Assembly (NCBI GenBank): GCA_951406725.2
Contig: OX597823.1
Location: forward strand, 66,526,001 to 66,590,000
Direction: 5' to 3'
Length of the DNA: 64,000 nucleotides
From: Octopus vulgaris
Taxonomy: Eukaryota
Numbering within the stretch: position 1 is the stretch's first letter; each line of letters starts with the position of its first letter. The notes below the pieces were generated by a model, which saw only the letters and a program-made list of their open reading frames with translations, searched no databases and was not told the DNA's origin. Below are positions 44,854 to 58,684 of this stretch, one piece after another. The position numbers and the translations under genes are program-made.

Positions 44854-44974
44854 AATGACGATGATGATGATAATGATGATGATGGTGATAATGATGATGC
44901 TAGTGATGGTGATGATGATGATGATGAAGATGATGATTCGGAGTTGAAATACAGTTGTAGACCAAGCAACAACT

Positions 44975-45430
44975 CATCAGAGGCTGAGAAGCTCAGGACT
45001 GAAAGCAGAGAGTGAAGGTTTCATATTGACGGTAGAAGATCAAAGATTGCTTACCAAAAGCTACCACACTAACGTTCTTCAAAACGATTCCGACCCTAAA
45101 TACAGATTATGCGATAAATTTAATGAAACAATCGATCATCTTGCTGCGGGATGTCCTGTACTGACACCAAACGAATACAAAATTCGCCACGAAATCAGCA
45201 CTCCTTGGTATGAACATCATACGGAGTTAGTCGTTGAAGGTAAAAATGTCACTATCCTCTGGAATTTTCCAATCAACGCCGGCAGAACGATCCAGGCTAG
45301 TCGACCAGACATAGTCATTAAAGATGGAAGAAAATTCTTGCAGACTAATAGATGTAAGTGTTCCCACTGATAAAAATATATCTGTAAAGGAATTTGACAA
45401 ATATAAGGTCCTGTAAATTGAAATGCAAAA
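44975..45430 (+). mobile_element. Degenerate R4/Dong-like RLE fragment
   Basis: DQRLLTKSYHTNVLQNDSDPKYRLCDKFNETIDHLAAGCPVL...WYEHH...ILWNFPI...IQASRPDIVIKD. Confidence 0.8.
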
Positions 45431-45450
45431 GTAGCAACAACAACAATAAC

Positions 45451-45547
<97 letters not shown>

Positions 45548-46461
45548 TTTTCTAATTCAGGCACAAATGTTGGTCGAAACCATCGACTCAAGTACTTGAC
45601 AGGTACTTTGTTTCGTCAACTCCCGAAAGGAGGAAAGGAAAGACTAACTTCCGTGGGTGGCAACGAGTTTTATCTGGACATCATGGGTCATTTTGGTACC
45701 GACATAAAACAGCAAAATGAGCGGATAGAGTCTATTGATTATGGCTTGGAAAATGTTATTAGTAAATTAAATAGTTCTGTCTAAGTACAATTCGATTCAA
45801 ATATAACTTTGGTCATTTAATATAAAAATTCTAATTTCCAGACCTATGCTCCAAACTTTTGGCCACGTCTGTATATGCCGGGAACAACTATAGTATCATA
45901 TAAAAAAAAATAACTAACATTCTACACTAGCCTTCCCGATCTCTACCGCATAAAGAATTTTAATAAAATGGGTATTATTCAAAATATGATAAGGAATAAC
46001 ATATCCCTACCATCTCATATAATTAACGGCAATACTAAACCCACAATATAGCATTAGCAGTATTAGTATCTCACAAAAAAAGCAAACGTATCAATAATAA
46101 TATTCTGCCAAAAAACAATTTCAATTTCGGTAATTGCATGTGTAATATAGTAGCTATAACAGTACCAACAGACTTAAAGAAAAACAACATTATTAGCAAT
46201 ATTTGCAGCCGAAATATTCTAACAGGAATAGCTTTAACAGACCTCCAGAGATAACATGAATAATAGTTCAAACCTGTAATATATATCATCTATAACTGCA
46301 TGGGTATACCTAGTGAAAAAACGGCATTGATGATAGTACTAGCAACTAAAATACTGTCACCATAATCAACATATATCTACAATAGCATTAATAAGAGTAC
46401 TGGAATAGAATGTACATCAGCTAAAATAAGTGATGTATCTATGATCGACATGGTTAAAATA

Positions 46462-46695
46462 TATTTCTTTACTACCCACAAGGGGCTAAACACAGAGAGG
46501 ACAAACAAGGACAGACAAACGGATTAAGTCGACTACATCGACCCCAGTGTGTAACTGGTACTTAATTTATCGACCCCGAAAGGATGAATAGCAAAGTCGA
46601 CCTCGGCGGAATTTGAACCCAGAACGTAACAGCAGACGAAATACCGGTAAGCATTTCGCCCGGCATGCTAACGTTTCAGCCAGCTCGCCGCCTTA
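46462..46695 (-). mobile_element. SINE family A, full length, 16-bp TSD
   Basis: TSD cgacatggttaaaata at 46446-46461 and 46696-46711. Confidence 0.92.
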
Positions 46696-47170
46696 CGACA
46701 TGGTTAAAATAGCTTCATTAATACCAGTCCACAGGCTGTAATATCATAATCACAGCAACAGTAATATTAAACAAAAAACACCCCTTTGATAATACTAGAA
46801 ACTGCAATGCTGTCACTATAACAGCACTAACATATCAAAACAATAGCATAAATAACTATATTAGCATCTAAACTATCGCGGCCATAACATTAAGAGTCTG
46901 CCTCCCCTAACTGCTTCAGTAACAGTACTAGCATTCAGATTATTCACAATAACAGCTATACCATTCACAACATTTTTGCTGTTTTTTATTGTGTTGTCAA
47001 GTTTTCTATTTAATTAGTGCTGTATCTGTTGTTATTACTGTCAACAATAAGAGCCACCAGCAAAATGAATCAAAAATGGACAACCATAAAAATCAATAAC
47101 CACAACAATCTATTCAATAAAGTCTTAAAATTGCAACAACCAGCCCCCCGCAATCTCCTACCTAGCTTAC

Positions 47171-47366
47171 ACTTAAGATGTATAGCGGAACTGTGATAAT
47201 CATATTGCAGAAGTGAGTAGAGAGACGGTTCATTATGGATATTGTAGTGTTGTATGAAAGAGGGAACTGGAACGTGTAGTGACGACAAAACAAAATAAGT
47301 TTCGCGGTTTTGTATTTCACGAAGTTACTGATGACGCTGATTCGATGGGGTTATAATATGTATAAC
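47171..47366 (-). other. Candidate host exon (5'UTR plus possible start MNRLSTHFCNMIITVPLYILS)
   Basis: Strong acceptor ttttatttccttcag| and donor |gtaagc on the minus strand. No homology recognised. Confidence 0.3.
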
Positions 47367-48055
47367 CTGAAGGAAATAAAACTGTGTTACGTCTTGACCC
47401 ATATGAACTTGAATATTCTCTGATATCGTTAATATTGCTGGTACTGAGGGGAAGACTAACATTTTGCGTTAAAGAGGACTGAAATCTTGGTAATCTCCAG
47501 TTAAAAGTTGGGAAACAAAATGTCTCGTCATATATACTTTTAAACTGTGTTGATCAAGACGAAAAATTTCCTCCCATGCTCTTTGTCAAGACTAATGCAG
47601 TTCATGATCGTCAACAAACACACGGAAAAAAGAGTAACCAAAGGAATTCAAGAGGTTTGACTCGCAAAGAAAGAATGATTGGAAAGAGTTGTTAATATGG
47701 TGCCAGGTTTAAGACTGCATGTGTGACGAGAGGAGATTCTCCTAGGCTGGATGTTGCTTGGAAGGTAGAGTAAACAACCAACTTGTTCTAAAAAGTATAG
47801 ACTGTTATCGCACGGGTACACAACAGTAAAATTAGATCGGCTCTTAACTAATGATGTTACTGTAATATTTTCTGTCCCTAAAAAGAAGTGTTATTTTGAG
47901 GGGACGCGAATTTTTATGCGTTGTAAATATGAAAAAGTTGGATAAATGCATATATTGTGTGTGTGAGTGTGTATGTGTGTGTGTATGTGTACATATATGC
48001 ATCAATATATATACACTCATTAACGCGCGCACGTACACACACACACATACACACG

Positions 48056-48375
48056 CAGTGGAACCTTGGTTTACGAAATTAGATGGTTTCTGAAGGCCGT
48101 TCATCACCCGAAATGTTCGTGGATCGAAACTATTTTTCCCAAAGGAAATTCAAGAGAAAGCATAGTGAAATCGAGTGGAAATGTGCCATGAGTGAAAGCT
48201 AGACAGCAACAGGCGTTTTCGCGCTGATACTCCCAGTATGTGTCCAACCGTTGTTGCTGATTTGCGTGCTCGTTACTCGAGGCATTGCTCGTTACCCAAG
48301 ACCTTTTATGTTCGAAATGCTGTTCGTAAACCTATTCGTTTGTATAAGAGATGTTCGTAAATAGAGGTTTTACTG
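48056..48375. mobile_element. pogo/Tigger-like MITE
   Basis: Imperfect TIRs cagtggaaccttggtttacgaa / ttcgtaaatagaggttttactg. Confidence 0.7.
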
Positions 48376-48407
48376 TTCCTAATTCATGTATTTCTGGCTT
48401 TCTAATC

Positions 48408-48567
48408 AGGCGTGAGTGTATGGCAAGAAGCTTTCTTCCCAACCACACGGTTCCAGGTTCAGTCCCACTGTGTAATAACTTGGGCAAGTGTCTTCTACTA
48501 TAGCCTCAGGCCAAATAAAGCTTTGTGAGTGGATTTAGTAGACGACAGGAATTGGAAGAAGCCTGTC

Positions 48568-48602
<35 letters not shown>

Positions 48603-48814
48603 TTGTTGTTCGTTTGTCACCCTCTATCGCTTGACAACCGATGTTGGTATATTTACATCCTCGTAACTGAGCGATTCGGCAAAAGAGACCGATGGAATAA
48701 TTACTAGGCATACAAAGAATAAGTCCTGCGGTCGATTTGTTCGACTAAAGGCGGTGCTCCAGCATGGTTGCAGCCAAATGACTGAAACAAGTAAAAGAAA
48801 AAAAAAGAATAAAA
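48408..48814 (+). mobile_element. SINE family B
   Basis: Homology to other copies. Confidence 0.85.
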
Positions 48815-48939
48815 GGTTACTAAGACGTTTTAGTATTTCATTATAAACAAACTGATTAAATGTTATCTACAAAAAAATTCTGATGCACAGATTAAAGTTG
48901 TTTACTGCTATGAAGAACAAATAATTGTTTATTCGTTTG

Positions 48940-49720
48940 CATCGCAGTGGAGGTCAAATAATTACGTATAGTGGTAGAAATTAAATAATATTCTCCTGTT
49001 GTAAGGCTCAAATAATCAGGTATATTTCTGAAAATCGAATTGTAATGTATTGCTATAAAGGTATAACAATCATGTATGGATGTGGAAATTATATAACCAG
49101 GTACATATTCCTTTACTACACACAAGGAGCTAGACACAGAAGGAACAAACAAGGACAGACACACGGATTAAGTCGATTACATCGACCCCAGTGCATAACT
49201 GCTACTTAATTTATCGACCCCGAAAGGAATTTAAGGCAAAGTTGACCTAAGCAGAATTTGAACTTAGAACGTAACTGTAGACGAAATACCTGTTTCTTTA
49301 TTACCCACAAGGGGCTAAACACAGAGAGGACAAACAAGGACAGGAAAACGGATTAAGTCGATTATATCGACCGCAGTGCGTAACTGCTACTTATTTAATC
49401 GACCTCGAAAGGACGAAAGGCAAAGTCGACCTCAGCTGAATTTGAACTCAGAACGTAACGGCAGACGAAATACCGCTAAGCATTTCGCCCGGCGTGCTAA
49501 CGTTTCTGCCAGCTCACCACCTTAAATATATGATATTATACCGTTGTGGGATTCATAAAACCGTTTAGTGTTGTGGGGATCAGATAATCAAGTATCACTG
49601 TGGCAGAGAAATCAATATGTATTAGCGCAGAGGTCGAATAACTGTGTATAGTTGTGGAGGTCATATAATAGGATATTGATGGAGAAGTCAAATAATTAGG
49701 TATCACTGTGGAGGTCATAC
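48940..49720. repeat. Degenerate ~30-bp minisatellite split by the SINE dimer
   Basis: Recurring gtggaggtca(a/t)ataat-like units about every 30 nt on both sides of 49105-49525. Confidence 0.6.
49105..49525 (-). mobile_element. Head-to-tail dimer of SINE family A
   Basis: A full copy (49290-49525) is joined directly to a 5'-truncated copy (49105-49290). Confidence 0.88.
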
Positions 49721-49977
49721 AGTCGTGTATTGTTTAAGGGATAAAATATGTGTGTACTATGGCAGAGTTCAGATAATGTACATTTTTTAAGGTGGAGTAC
49801 TACATATAGTGTTGTAGAAGTCTCCTGACGTGCAGGTGCATTAATTTGATACATTTGTGAAACTACTCTCTCCTGGAAAGACTCAAAGTTTGTGATAGAA
49901 TATTTAAGAGAAAAATATTTTATACACATGTCTTAATTATAAAGATAATTAATGTCAAGGAATAATAATAGTAATAC

Positions 49978-50172
49978 GAAGAAGAAGAAGAAGAAGAAGA
50001 AGAAGAAGAAGAAGAAGAAGAAGAAGAAGAAGAAGAAGAAGAAGAAGAAGAAGAAGAAGAAGAAGAAGAAGAAGAAGAAGAAGAAGAAGAAGAAGAAGAA
50101 GAAGAAGAAGAAGAAAAGAAGAAGAAGAAGAAGAAGAAGAAGAAGAAGAAGAAGAAGAAGAAGAAGAAGAAG
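49978..50172. repeat. (GAA)n microsatellite; others at 11592-11678, 25888-26087 and 26816-27005
   Basis: Directly visible. Confidence 0.97.
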
Positions 50173-50174
50173 AA

Positions 50175-50360
50175 CCTAGCAATGGCTGCAGAAAGGAGAC
50201 TTAAAAGGACCCACGAATGCATTAGTGTCCAGTGCTCAAGAACAAGCTCTCACAGCAAACTACTCCAAATATCACATTGATAAAAGCCCTGTCTCGCCAC
50301 AGTGTAGGATGAGCTCTGAGAAGGGAGAAAGTATGAGCCATATTGTTAGTGAGTGCTGTT
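50175..50360 (+). mobile_element. Small R4/Dong-like ORF fragment (pre-CCHC region)
   Basis: QWLQKGDLKGPTNALVSSAQEQALTANYSKYHIDKSPVSPQCRMSSEKGESMSHIVSEC. Confidence 0.75.
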
Positions 50361-50476
50361 TCTTGAGTAACGCTGCGATGGACTGGCGTCCCGTTCAGCT
50401 GGAGGCAACACATGCGTCACAGAAACCGGGAAACCGGGCACATGAGCCTGGCTCGGTTTGAAAAGGGCGACGTTTT

Positions 50477-50539
<63 letters not shown>

Positions 50540-50547
50540 TAATAATT

Positions 50548-50609
<62 letters not shown>

Positions 50610-50613
<4 letters not shown>

Positions 50614-50819
50614 TTCAGACAAATACATAACAAAAACACCAGGACTTACAAACACATATAACATACAGAAAATTGCACTACTAGGCACTGCACACATCCT
50701 ACGCAGAACACTTTCCATACAATAACCATCAGAGCATCACAACAAATCACAGCACATACCCAAGGCACACAGAGCTGCGCTCGGTAGTGAAGTGAAAGCA
50801 CGCTATAAAAATAAAACTA

Positions 50820-50822
<3 letters not shown>
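50610..50822 (+). mobile_element. Short 3' fragment of R4/Dong-like family B in a separate (AAT)n array
   Basis: Matches 14187-14404, with a different truncation point and AAT repeats on both sides. Confidence 0.92.
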
Positions 50823-50905
<83 letters not shown>

Positions 50906-50924
50906 TAATAATAATGATAATAAT

Positions 50925-51130
50925 CATTTTTACTATATGCACAAGGCCTAGAATTTTTACGGAGGAGAATAGTCGATTACATCGACCCTAGTGGTCAAAT
51001 GGTACTTATTTACTGACCCGAAAGGATGAAAGACGAAGTCGACCTTGGCAGAATTTCAACTCAGAACGTAAAGACGGACGAAGTGCCGCTGAGGATTTTG
51101 CCCGGCGTGCTAGCGGTTCTACCAGCTAAG
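50925..51130 (-). mobile_element. SINE family A, tail type 2, abutting an (AAT)n array
   Basis: Homologous to 44163-44390. Confidence 0.8.
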
Positions 51131-51906
51131 TATTCTTCAATGCTCTCATCGTTGATTTAGTCGCATTGCATTACGCGATTAAAAATACAGGTCTATGTAG
51201 TCGTCCAACCTTTTATAAAGAGCGCCAAAATCTCTCTCCGTCTCTAAGACACACTTAGAGTCTGGAAGAAAAGAGAAGAATATCACAGTTGAAATTCCTT
51301 TTATCATATGTCTAATCGATCAGGTCTCAGCTAGATTTAAATAGAAAAGACCGGAACCAAACCCGAATACCAATCATTGATATCTGATGCAGAAAACAAA
51401 GGCGCCAAATTTCAAATAAAGATGCTAATATCAATACTGATCTGATTTGCACCTTCAGTAGCCACCTCATTCAGAGAATGAGAAAGTCATAGCACAATAA
51501 AGAATTCTTCTGGTGATCCGTAATGATTTACATTTCAGTTACACTCGGAGCATTTCTTCTGCATTTGCTCTGTAAATCAATTATGAGCAGTAATACTACT
51601 AAACATAATAGTAACCAAGCCACTCTACTGGAAGTGAACCAGGTGGCAATACTTTACATGGAACTCTAAACACACTAGTTACAGTTTTCGTTTTTTTTTT
51701 TATATATCAGATGTACATACCAGATGTATAAGTATACGTATCTATCTATTTATCTATCTGTGTGGGAGTGTGAGTGTGTGTGTGTGTGTGAGTGTGTGTG
51801 TCTGTGTGTCTGTGTGTACGCTAATGTCAAACATAGAGAATTAGTGCTGAATAAATATTCTTTATTGTGGGGGAACAAGACTGAGACTGGTTTAATGTAG
51901 ATAGAA

Positions 51907-51951
<45 letters not shown>

Positions 51952-51958
51952 CATACAT

Positions 51959-52054
<96 letters not shown>

Positions 52055-52089
52055 ACATATATGTATATACAAATAGAGAGATATTGATT

Positions 52090-52190
<101 letters not shown>

Positions 52191-52729
52191 ATAGAAAGAT
52201 AGAAATACTCTCTATCCGACTTAGAATGAATATGGCATTCGGAGACTTTTTCTTGTGACTTTTATGTCAAAATGCGTTTAAAACAAGTGATAGTTTGAAA
52301 CATCTCGAACACACCCACACAGGAAAAAAAACAAAAAAGAAATTCATATAAGACCAAATCTTGGTAGTCATAACTGGCCATGGTCGGTGTGGTGTTACTA
52401 GCAAAGATCTCAAATAAGGAAACGGCTACGCACGATATTGTGCGGTGAAGAGCAATATGTAAATGGGAATGCACACAACACACACACATACACACACACA
52501 CGCACGCACACACACACACACACACAAGTATGAATGCGAGGAGTGCGTATATGTTTACGTGTGCGTGTATAATATAAACGATGCTATTGCTTTCTTTGCT
52601 GTTCGATCGGAACTTTACGAAGCATCATCACTCCTGAAGTAGCTAACTGCAACACAACACCTGCAGAATCAGCTACTTCGCTACTACTACTAAGACTTAC
52701 AGCGGCAGCAATAACAGCAACCGCACTGC

Positions 52730-52788
52730 AAGTAGTAGTAGCACTGGTAGTAGTAGTAGCACTGGTAGTAGTAGTAGTAGTAGTAGTC

Positions 52789-52855
<67 letters not shown>

Positions 52856-52904
52856 CAGCAACAGTGGTGCTGGTTCTGGTAGCAGCAGTGGTGCTGGTTC
52901 TGGT

Positions 52905-52945
<41 letters not shown>

Positions 52946-52949
52946 TAGC

Positions 52950-53032
<83 letters not shown>

Positions 53033-53045
53033 AAGTAGTAGTAGC

Positions 53046-53092
<47 letters not shown>

Positions 53093-53131
53093 CACCAGTA
53101 CCAGCAGCACCAGCAGCAGTATTATTATTAT

Positions 53132-53195
<64 letters not shown>

Positions 53196-53223
53196 GGAGG
53201 TAGTGGTGGTGGTGGTGGTGGCG

Positions 53224-53256
<33 letters not shown>

Positions 53257-53277
53257 ATGGTAGTAGTAGTAGTAGTG

Positions 53278-53347
<70 letters not shown>

Positions 53348-53400
53348 CAGCAGCAGCAGTAGAGGCGGCGGCGGTGGTGGTGGTGGTGGTGGTGTTAGGG
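52730..53400. repeat. Compound (GTA/GCA/GTG)n array
   Basis: Directly visible. Confidence 0.95.
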
Positions 53401-53674
53401 GGTGATAATAATAGACATTAAGTCATTTCTCTAACAGATCAATTGAGGTTGTGCTATTTTACTTGTTGGTTTTGCTGGTACCGCAGTTTCTAATGTTGGT
53501 TTGTTGTTGTTTTAACCAAACCCTACGCCACCCCTTAATCGACTGTGTTCAAGTGAAAATTCCATTAATTAATGGAATTTCAGTCATGAACATCTGATTG
53601 CCTTTTAGGCATGGTGTATCTGGGACTATATTATATCCAATGCGTCCTTGCATGGAAAATAGTAGGAAAATTGA

Positions 53675-54092
53675 AGTGGTAAGTAGCATGCTTAGGAGCC
53701 ACATGGTTCCGGGTTCAGTCTCACTGCGTGGCACCTTGGGCAAGTGTCTTCTACTATAGCCTCGGGCCGACCAAAGCCTTGTGAGTGGATTTGGTAGACG
53801 GAAACTGAAAGAAGCCCGACGAATATATGTATATATATGTATGTATGTATGTGTGTGTGTGTGTGTGTGTGTGTATGTTTGTGTGTCTGTGTTTGTCCCC
53901 CCTCCCCACCCAACATCACTTGACAACCGATGCTGGTATGTTTACGTCCCCGTAACTTAGCAGTTCGGGAAAAAGAGGCTGATAGAATAAGTACTAGGCT
54001 TAGAAAGAAAAAGTCCTGGCGTCGATTTGCTCGACTAAAGGCGGTGCTCCAGCATGGCCACAGTCAAATTACTGAAACAAGTAAAAGAGTAA
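53675..54092 (+). mobile_element. SINE family B
   Basis: Homology to other copies. Confidence 0.88.
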
Positions 54093-54196
54093 GTATGACT
54101 ACTGTTTCTAGAAAACTTTGCGACCACTTACGGTCCGCTTCGCTGACCGATTATTTGTTTACTTGCTAATAGGCGTGATGGTCAAGGGTGAAATGT

Positions 54197-54561
54197 CATG
54201 GTTCCGGGTTCAGTCCCACTGCGTGGCACCTTGGACAAGTGTCTTCTACTATAGCCTCGGGCCGACCAAAGCCTTGTGAGTTGATTTGGTAGACGGAAAC
54301 TGAAAGAAGCCCGTCGTATATATGTATATATATATATGTATATATGTGTGTGTTTGTGTGTCTGTATTTGTCCCACTAGCATTGCTTGACAACCCATGCT
54401 TGTGTGTTTACGTCCCCGTCACTTAGCGGTTCGGCAAAACAGACCGATAGAATAAGTACTGGGCTTACAAAGAATAAGTCCCGGGGTCGAGTTACTCGAT
54501 TAAAGGTGGTGCTCCAGCATGGCCGCAGTCAAATGACTGAAACAAGTAAAAGAGTAAAGAG

Positions 54562-54562
<1 letters not shown>
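54197..54562 (+). mobile_element. SINE family B (5'-truncated)
   Basis: Homology to other copies. Confidence 0.88.
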
Positions 54563-54603
<41 letters not shown>

Positions 54604-55411
54604 CTAGCAGCATAGCCCGGCGTTGCCCGGGTATGTAAGAGACCATAGTAGGCAACGACTAATCCCAATCTAGTCCTTTCCCTCTAGGGAAGGAAGGCGC
54701 ATGTGTAGGTTGCAATGTCTTCTCTTCACTCCCAAATAACTATCAAACAGCTATCGATAATTCAACCCAACCAATTCCTACCAGGAAGAAATTACATTCG
54801 AGACTTTACCCCCAACACCGCCACTTCTGCTAATAGCTACTGCAGCCGCAAGTTATTCGAATACTTTTTTTGTTTACACTTTCTTTATAACTACCACCCC
54901 AAACGTTTTACCTTAAATTTTTGACGTACCCTAAGGGTCCTCGGATGCTACTTGCAACCTCTTGGTTTATTATAAACCGCTTTTGTCGTGTGAATCAAAA
55001 AAACCTTTTCCATTCGTTTGTTCAGTTTGGTCACTTTTGATATTTACGTTGTTGTCACTCACATTGCTGCCCGCTTTTTTGCCGTTTTTGTACATTTTTA
55101 TACATTTTGGGATACTTACCCCACGTGTTCCGAGAGTTAAAAAGGTCGAGTTGCGTCCCCTAGACAGTCTGTAGAAAATGTGTTGCATATAAAAAGCTTA
55201 GATTCTCGACCCATGTCAAATTTATCGATTTTTTTTCAGAACTGGGGGAACTTTTCAAAATTTTCGCTGCGTTAGTTTTGAATTATGACATTGGGCTATG
55301 TGTGTGTCAAGTTTCATCAGAATCGGTTGAAAGCCGTGGTCAGGGTGAGGGTACAACCTGACAAACACACAGACACACAGACAGACAAACTGCCGTTTAT
55401 ATATAGAGAGA
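54604..55411 (-). mobile_element. Non-autonomous Helitron
   Basis: Minus strand begins A|TCTCTCTATATATAAAC and ends CCCGGGCAACGCCGGG hairpin, CTATGCTG, CTAG|T. Inserted at an AT within an (AT)n tract with no TSD. Confidence 0.88.
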
Positions 55412-55687
55412 TATATATATATACAGAGATTCATCCATACATGTACATACACACACATACATGTATAAGTGTGTATGTATATTGGAACTAACAGAAGAAA
55501 TAGAACTTCATAGATAGGTGAAATAATTTTCATAATACGCTGAAGAATTTTAGTAAGTGACTCAAGGACTTAGAGTTTCAGGAATCACAGAACTCTCGCT
55601 GCATGAGTTATTTAATTTGCATCTATTTAATACTTGCATACTTATGTGTTTGTGTGTCTCCTGTGTGTGTATACGTATATATGTATA

Positions 55688-55920
55688 AGGCGGCGAGCTG
55701 GCAGAAACGTTAGCACGCTGGGCGAAATGCGTAGCCGTATTTCGTCTGTCGTTACGTTCCGAGTTCAAATTCCGCCGAGGTCGACTTTGCCTTTCATCTT
55801 TTCGGGGTCGATAAATTAAGTGCCAGTTACTCATTGCAGTCGATGTAATCGACTTAATGCGTTTGTCTGTCCTTGTTTGTCCCCTCTGTATTTAGCCCCC
55901 TGTGGGTAGTAAAGAAATAT
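55688..55920 (+). mobile_element. SINE family A, full length
   Basis: A-box-like TGGCAGAAACG and B-box-like GAGTTCAAATTCC, plus conserved body and tail type 1. Confidence 0.92.
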
Positions 55921-56034
55921 ATACATACGTATGTATGTATCTATGTATGTATGTATGTATGTATGTATGTATGTATGTATGTATGTATGTATGTATGTAT
56001 GTATGTATGTATAGCTAGTTAGCTAGATAGATAG

Positions 56035-56072
<38 letters not shown>

Positions 56073-56225
56073 GCCCACATGCACATATATATACATCTAT
56101 ATATGTGTGTATACAAACAGACACATACATGCATACATAGATACATACATATGAGCGTACATATATACATACACATGTACGTGCGTACGTACGTACATAC
56201 ATACATACATACATACATACATACA

Positions 56226-56259
<34 letters not shown>

Positions 56260-56637
56260 CACGCACCTGTCTTCAATTTTCTCATTCTCTTCCCTTCCTC
56301 ATTATACGTGATTTCCTTTGTATCTCCGTACATCTATATTTCTGCCTATTCATGTCTTAAATCTATTTATCTATCTGTCTGTCAATTCAGACATCTACCT
56401 AACTATCATTTCTCTTATCTGTCACTCGCTGTATTTGTCTTTCTGACTTTATGTCTGTCCATATATGTATATATTATATCAATATATGAATATCTCTGCA
56501 AAACTATCCCTCTGTTTCACTTTCAGTTAATTCATCCGTCCTCGCTACATTTCTTCATTCTGTAATCTTTATTTCAGTCCCTCTTGTCGTCTTGCAGCTC
56601 GTACAAGTACACCACACTCACAGACACACAGACAGAC

Positions 56638-56668
<31 letters not shown>

Positions 56669-56841
56669 TACACACGCGAGTGGACACATGCACACACATA
56701 TGGAGACAAACACTCAAACTCGTGCACACGCATAATGCATACACGCACACACATGCACAGATACGCAGACACAAACTCTCAGACTCTCACACACACACAC
56801 ACACATTTATATATATATTTATATATATATTTATATATATA

Positions 56842-57130
56842 TAGGCGCAGGAGTGGCTTGCTTACCAACTACATGGTTCCGGGTTCAGTCCCACTACGTG
56901 GTAACTTGGGCAAGTGTCTTCTACTATAGCCTCGGACCGACCAGTCTTGTGAGTGGATTTGGTAGACGGAAATTGGAAGAAGCCTATCGTATTTGTTTAT
57001 GTGTATGTGTATAAATATATATATATATATGCAAATATATATGTGTGTATATATATATGTATATGTTTGTATAAATACAATCATTGGACTGTGGCCATGC
57101 TGGGGCACCGTATGAAGAGTTTTACTCAAG
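56842..57130 (+). mobile_element. SINE family B, partial
   Basis: aggcgcaggagtggc...gcaagtgtcttctactatagcc. Confidence 0.8.
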
Positions 57131-57264
57131 CGAATCCACCTCGTTATTTATACTTCAGACAGCTATATGCTACGAACGGAACACATGCACATGCACTCAA
57201 ACATATACACACACTCAGACAGTCACACACACACATATATACTAAAGGAAACCCGACGTATATA

Positions 57265-57400
57265 TATTTCTGAGAGTTAACGAAAAAAAACAAAAGACGA
57301 AGACAGGTGGTGTACAAAACAAACAGATGTATTATTATAACGCTCAAGAATAGAAAATGTCTTTTACGTTTCGAGCCTACGCTCTTCTACAGAAAGGGAC
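57265..57400 (-). mobile_element. Penelope-like terminal fragment; a related piece is at 1-70 (+)
   Basis: Minus strand CTGTAGAAGAGCGTAGGCTCGAAACGT followed by sequence homologous to window positions 1-70. Confidence 0.45.
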
Positions 57401-57613
57401 ACAATCATTTGATTGTGGTCATATTGGAGCACCGCCTTGAAGGTTTTAGTAGAACAAATCGACTCCAGGACTTATTTCTTTTTAAGCTTAGTACTTATTC
57501 TATCTAGACTTTTTCCCGAACCGCCAGAATACGGGGACGTAAACACACCAACATCGGTTGTCAAGCGGTAATTGGAGAAAAACTATTATACAAAGACGCA
57601 CACAGAGATACTT

Positions 57614-57683
<70 letters not shown>

Positions 57684-57995
57684 GTGTGTGTGTGTGTGTT
57701 TATTTATGTAAATATGACGGGCTTCTTTGGTCGGCCCGCGGGTATGGTAGAAAACATTTACGCTAGGTGTCACGCAGCGGGACAGAACTCAGAATCATGT
57801 GGTTGGGAAGTAAGCTACTTATTACGCAGACACACAGTCGTATATATAGGACGGACTTCTACCGTCTAAGAAATTCATTCACAAGGCTTTGGTCCGACTA
57901 TAAGGAGATGACACCAGCCGAAGTTGCCACGCAGTAGGGCTGAACTCGGTTCATTGTGATTGGTAAGCACACTTTTTACCTCATAGACATGCTAC
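57400..57995 (-). mobile_element. Degenerate SINE family B copies
   Basis: Reverse homology to the family-B consensus, in two pieces. Confidence 0.7.
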
Positions 57996-58290
57996 ATATA
58001 TATGTGCTTGTGTAAACACACACACACACAAGCTGCTATATACAAACACACATAAACCACACACATACACATTCAATGATACACACACACAGATATTGCA
58101 CCATGTCTCTCTCTCTCTCTCTCCCTGTCTCTCTCACTCTCTCTCTCTCTCAAATGTTATTTTCTCTCTGTCTCTCACAATCAAACTTTGAGTCTGTCTC
58201 TGTGTCTTGCTCATTTTTCTCTGAAACTTTCTCTCCCTATTTTATATTCCTTAGCCTTATTGTTACTAACTTTCTGCCTGACTGTCTGTC

Positions 58291-58350
<60 letters not shown>

Positions 58351-58620
58351 ACTCTCACCTTATTTTCACACCAAATCTTTTGCAAGGTTCCCATCAAATT
58401 ACAACGCCAAGAGCATATAAGCTAGAAAATACCTACTATATCCCTTATCTAAACTAGGCAGTTGTTGAAAAGCTTCGGTCAAATGGGATTACACATGCAA
58501 TTAGCAGATTCATATTCCCGTAGTTAAAACAAGTCATAGAAAACAGTCGTATGCTCGGCTAATCGAAATTTTCTGACAATGTCTGACATACCAAATAAAG
58601 AATGTCCAGATAATCCTTAC

Positions 58621-58684
58621 CCAGAGCACAGTTGAGATGATCATAGCTGGAATGTTTGTGATAATAGAAGTAATAGCTGAGGAA
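58621..58684 (-). other. Candidate short host exon
   Basis: Acceptor tttatttttttgtttctcctgtttatcag| and donor TGG|gtaagg. Confidence 0.27.

Noticed and set aside
55688-55780. Possible tRNA gene
   Set aside because: A tRNA-derived SINE head with no complete cloverleaf, continuing into the SINE body.
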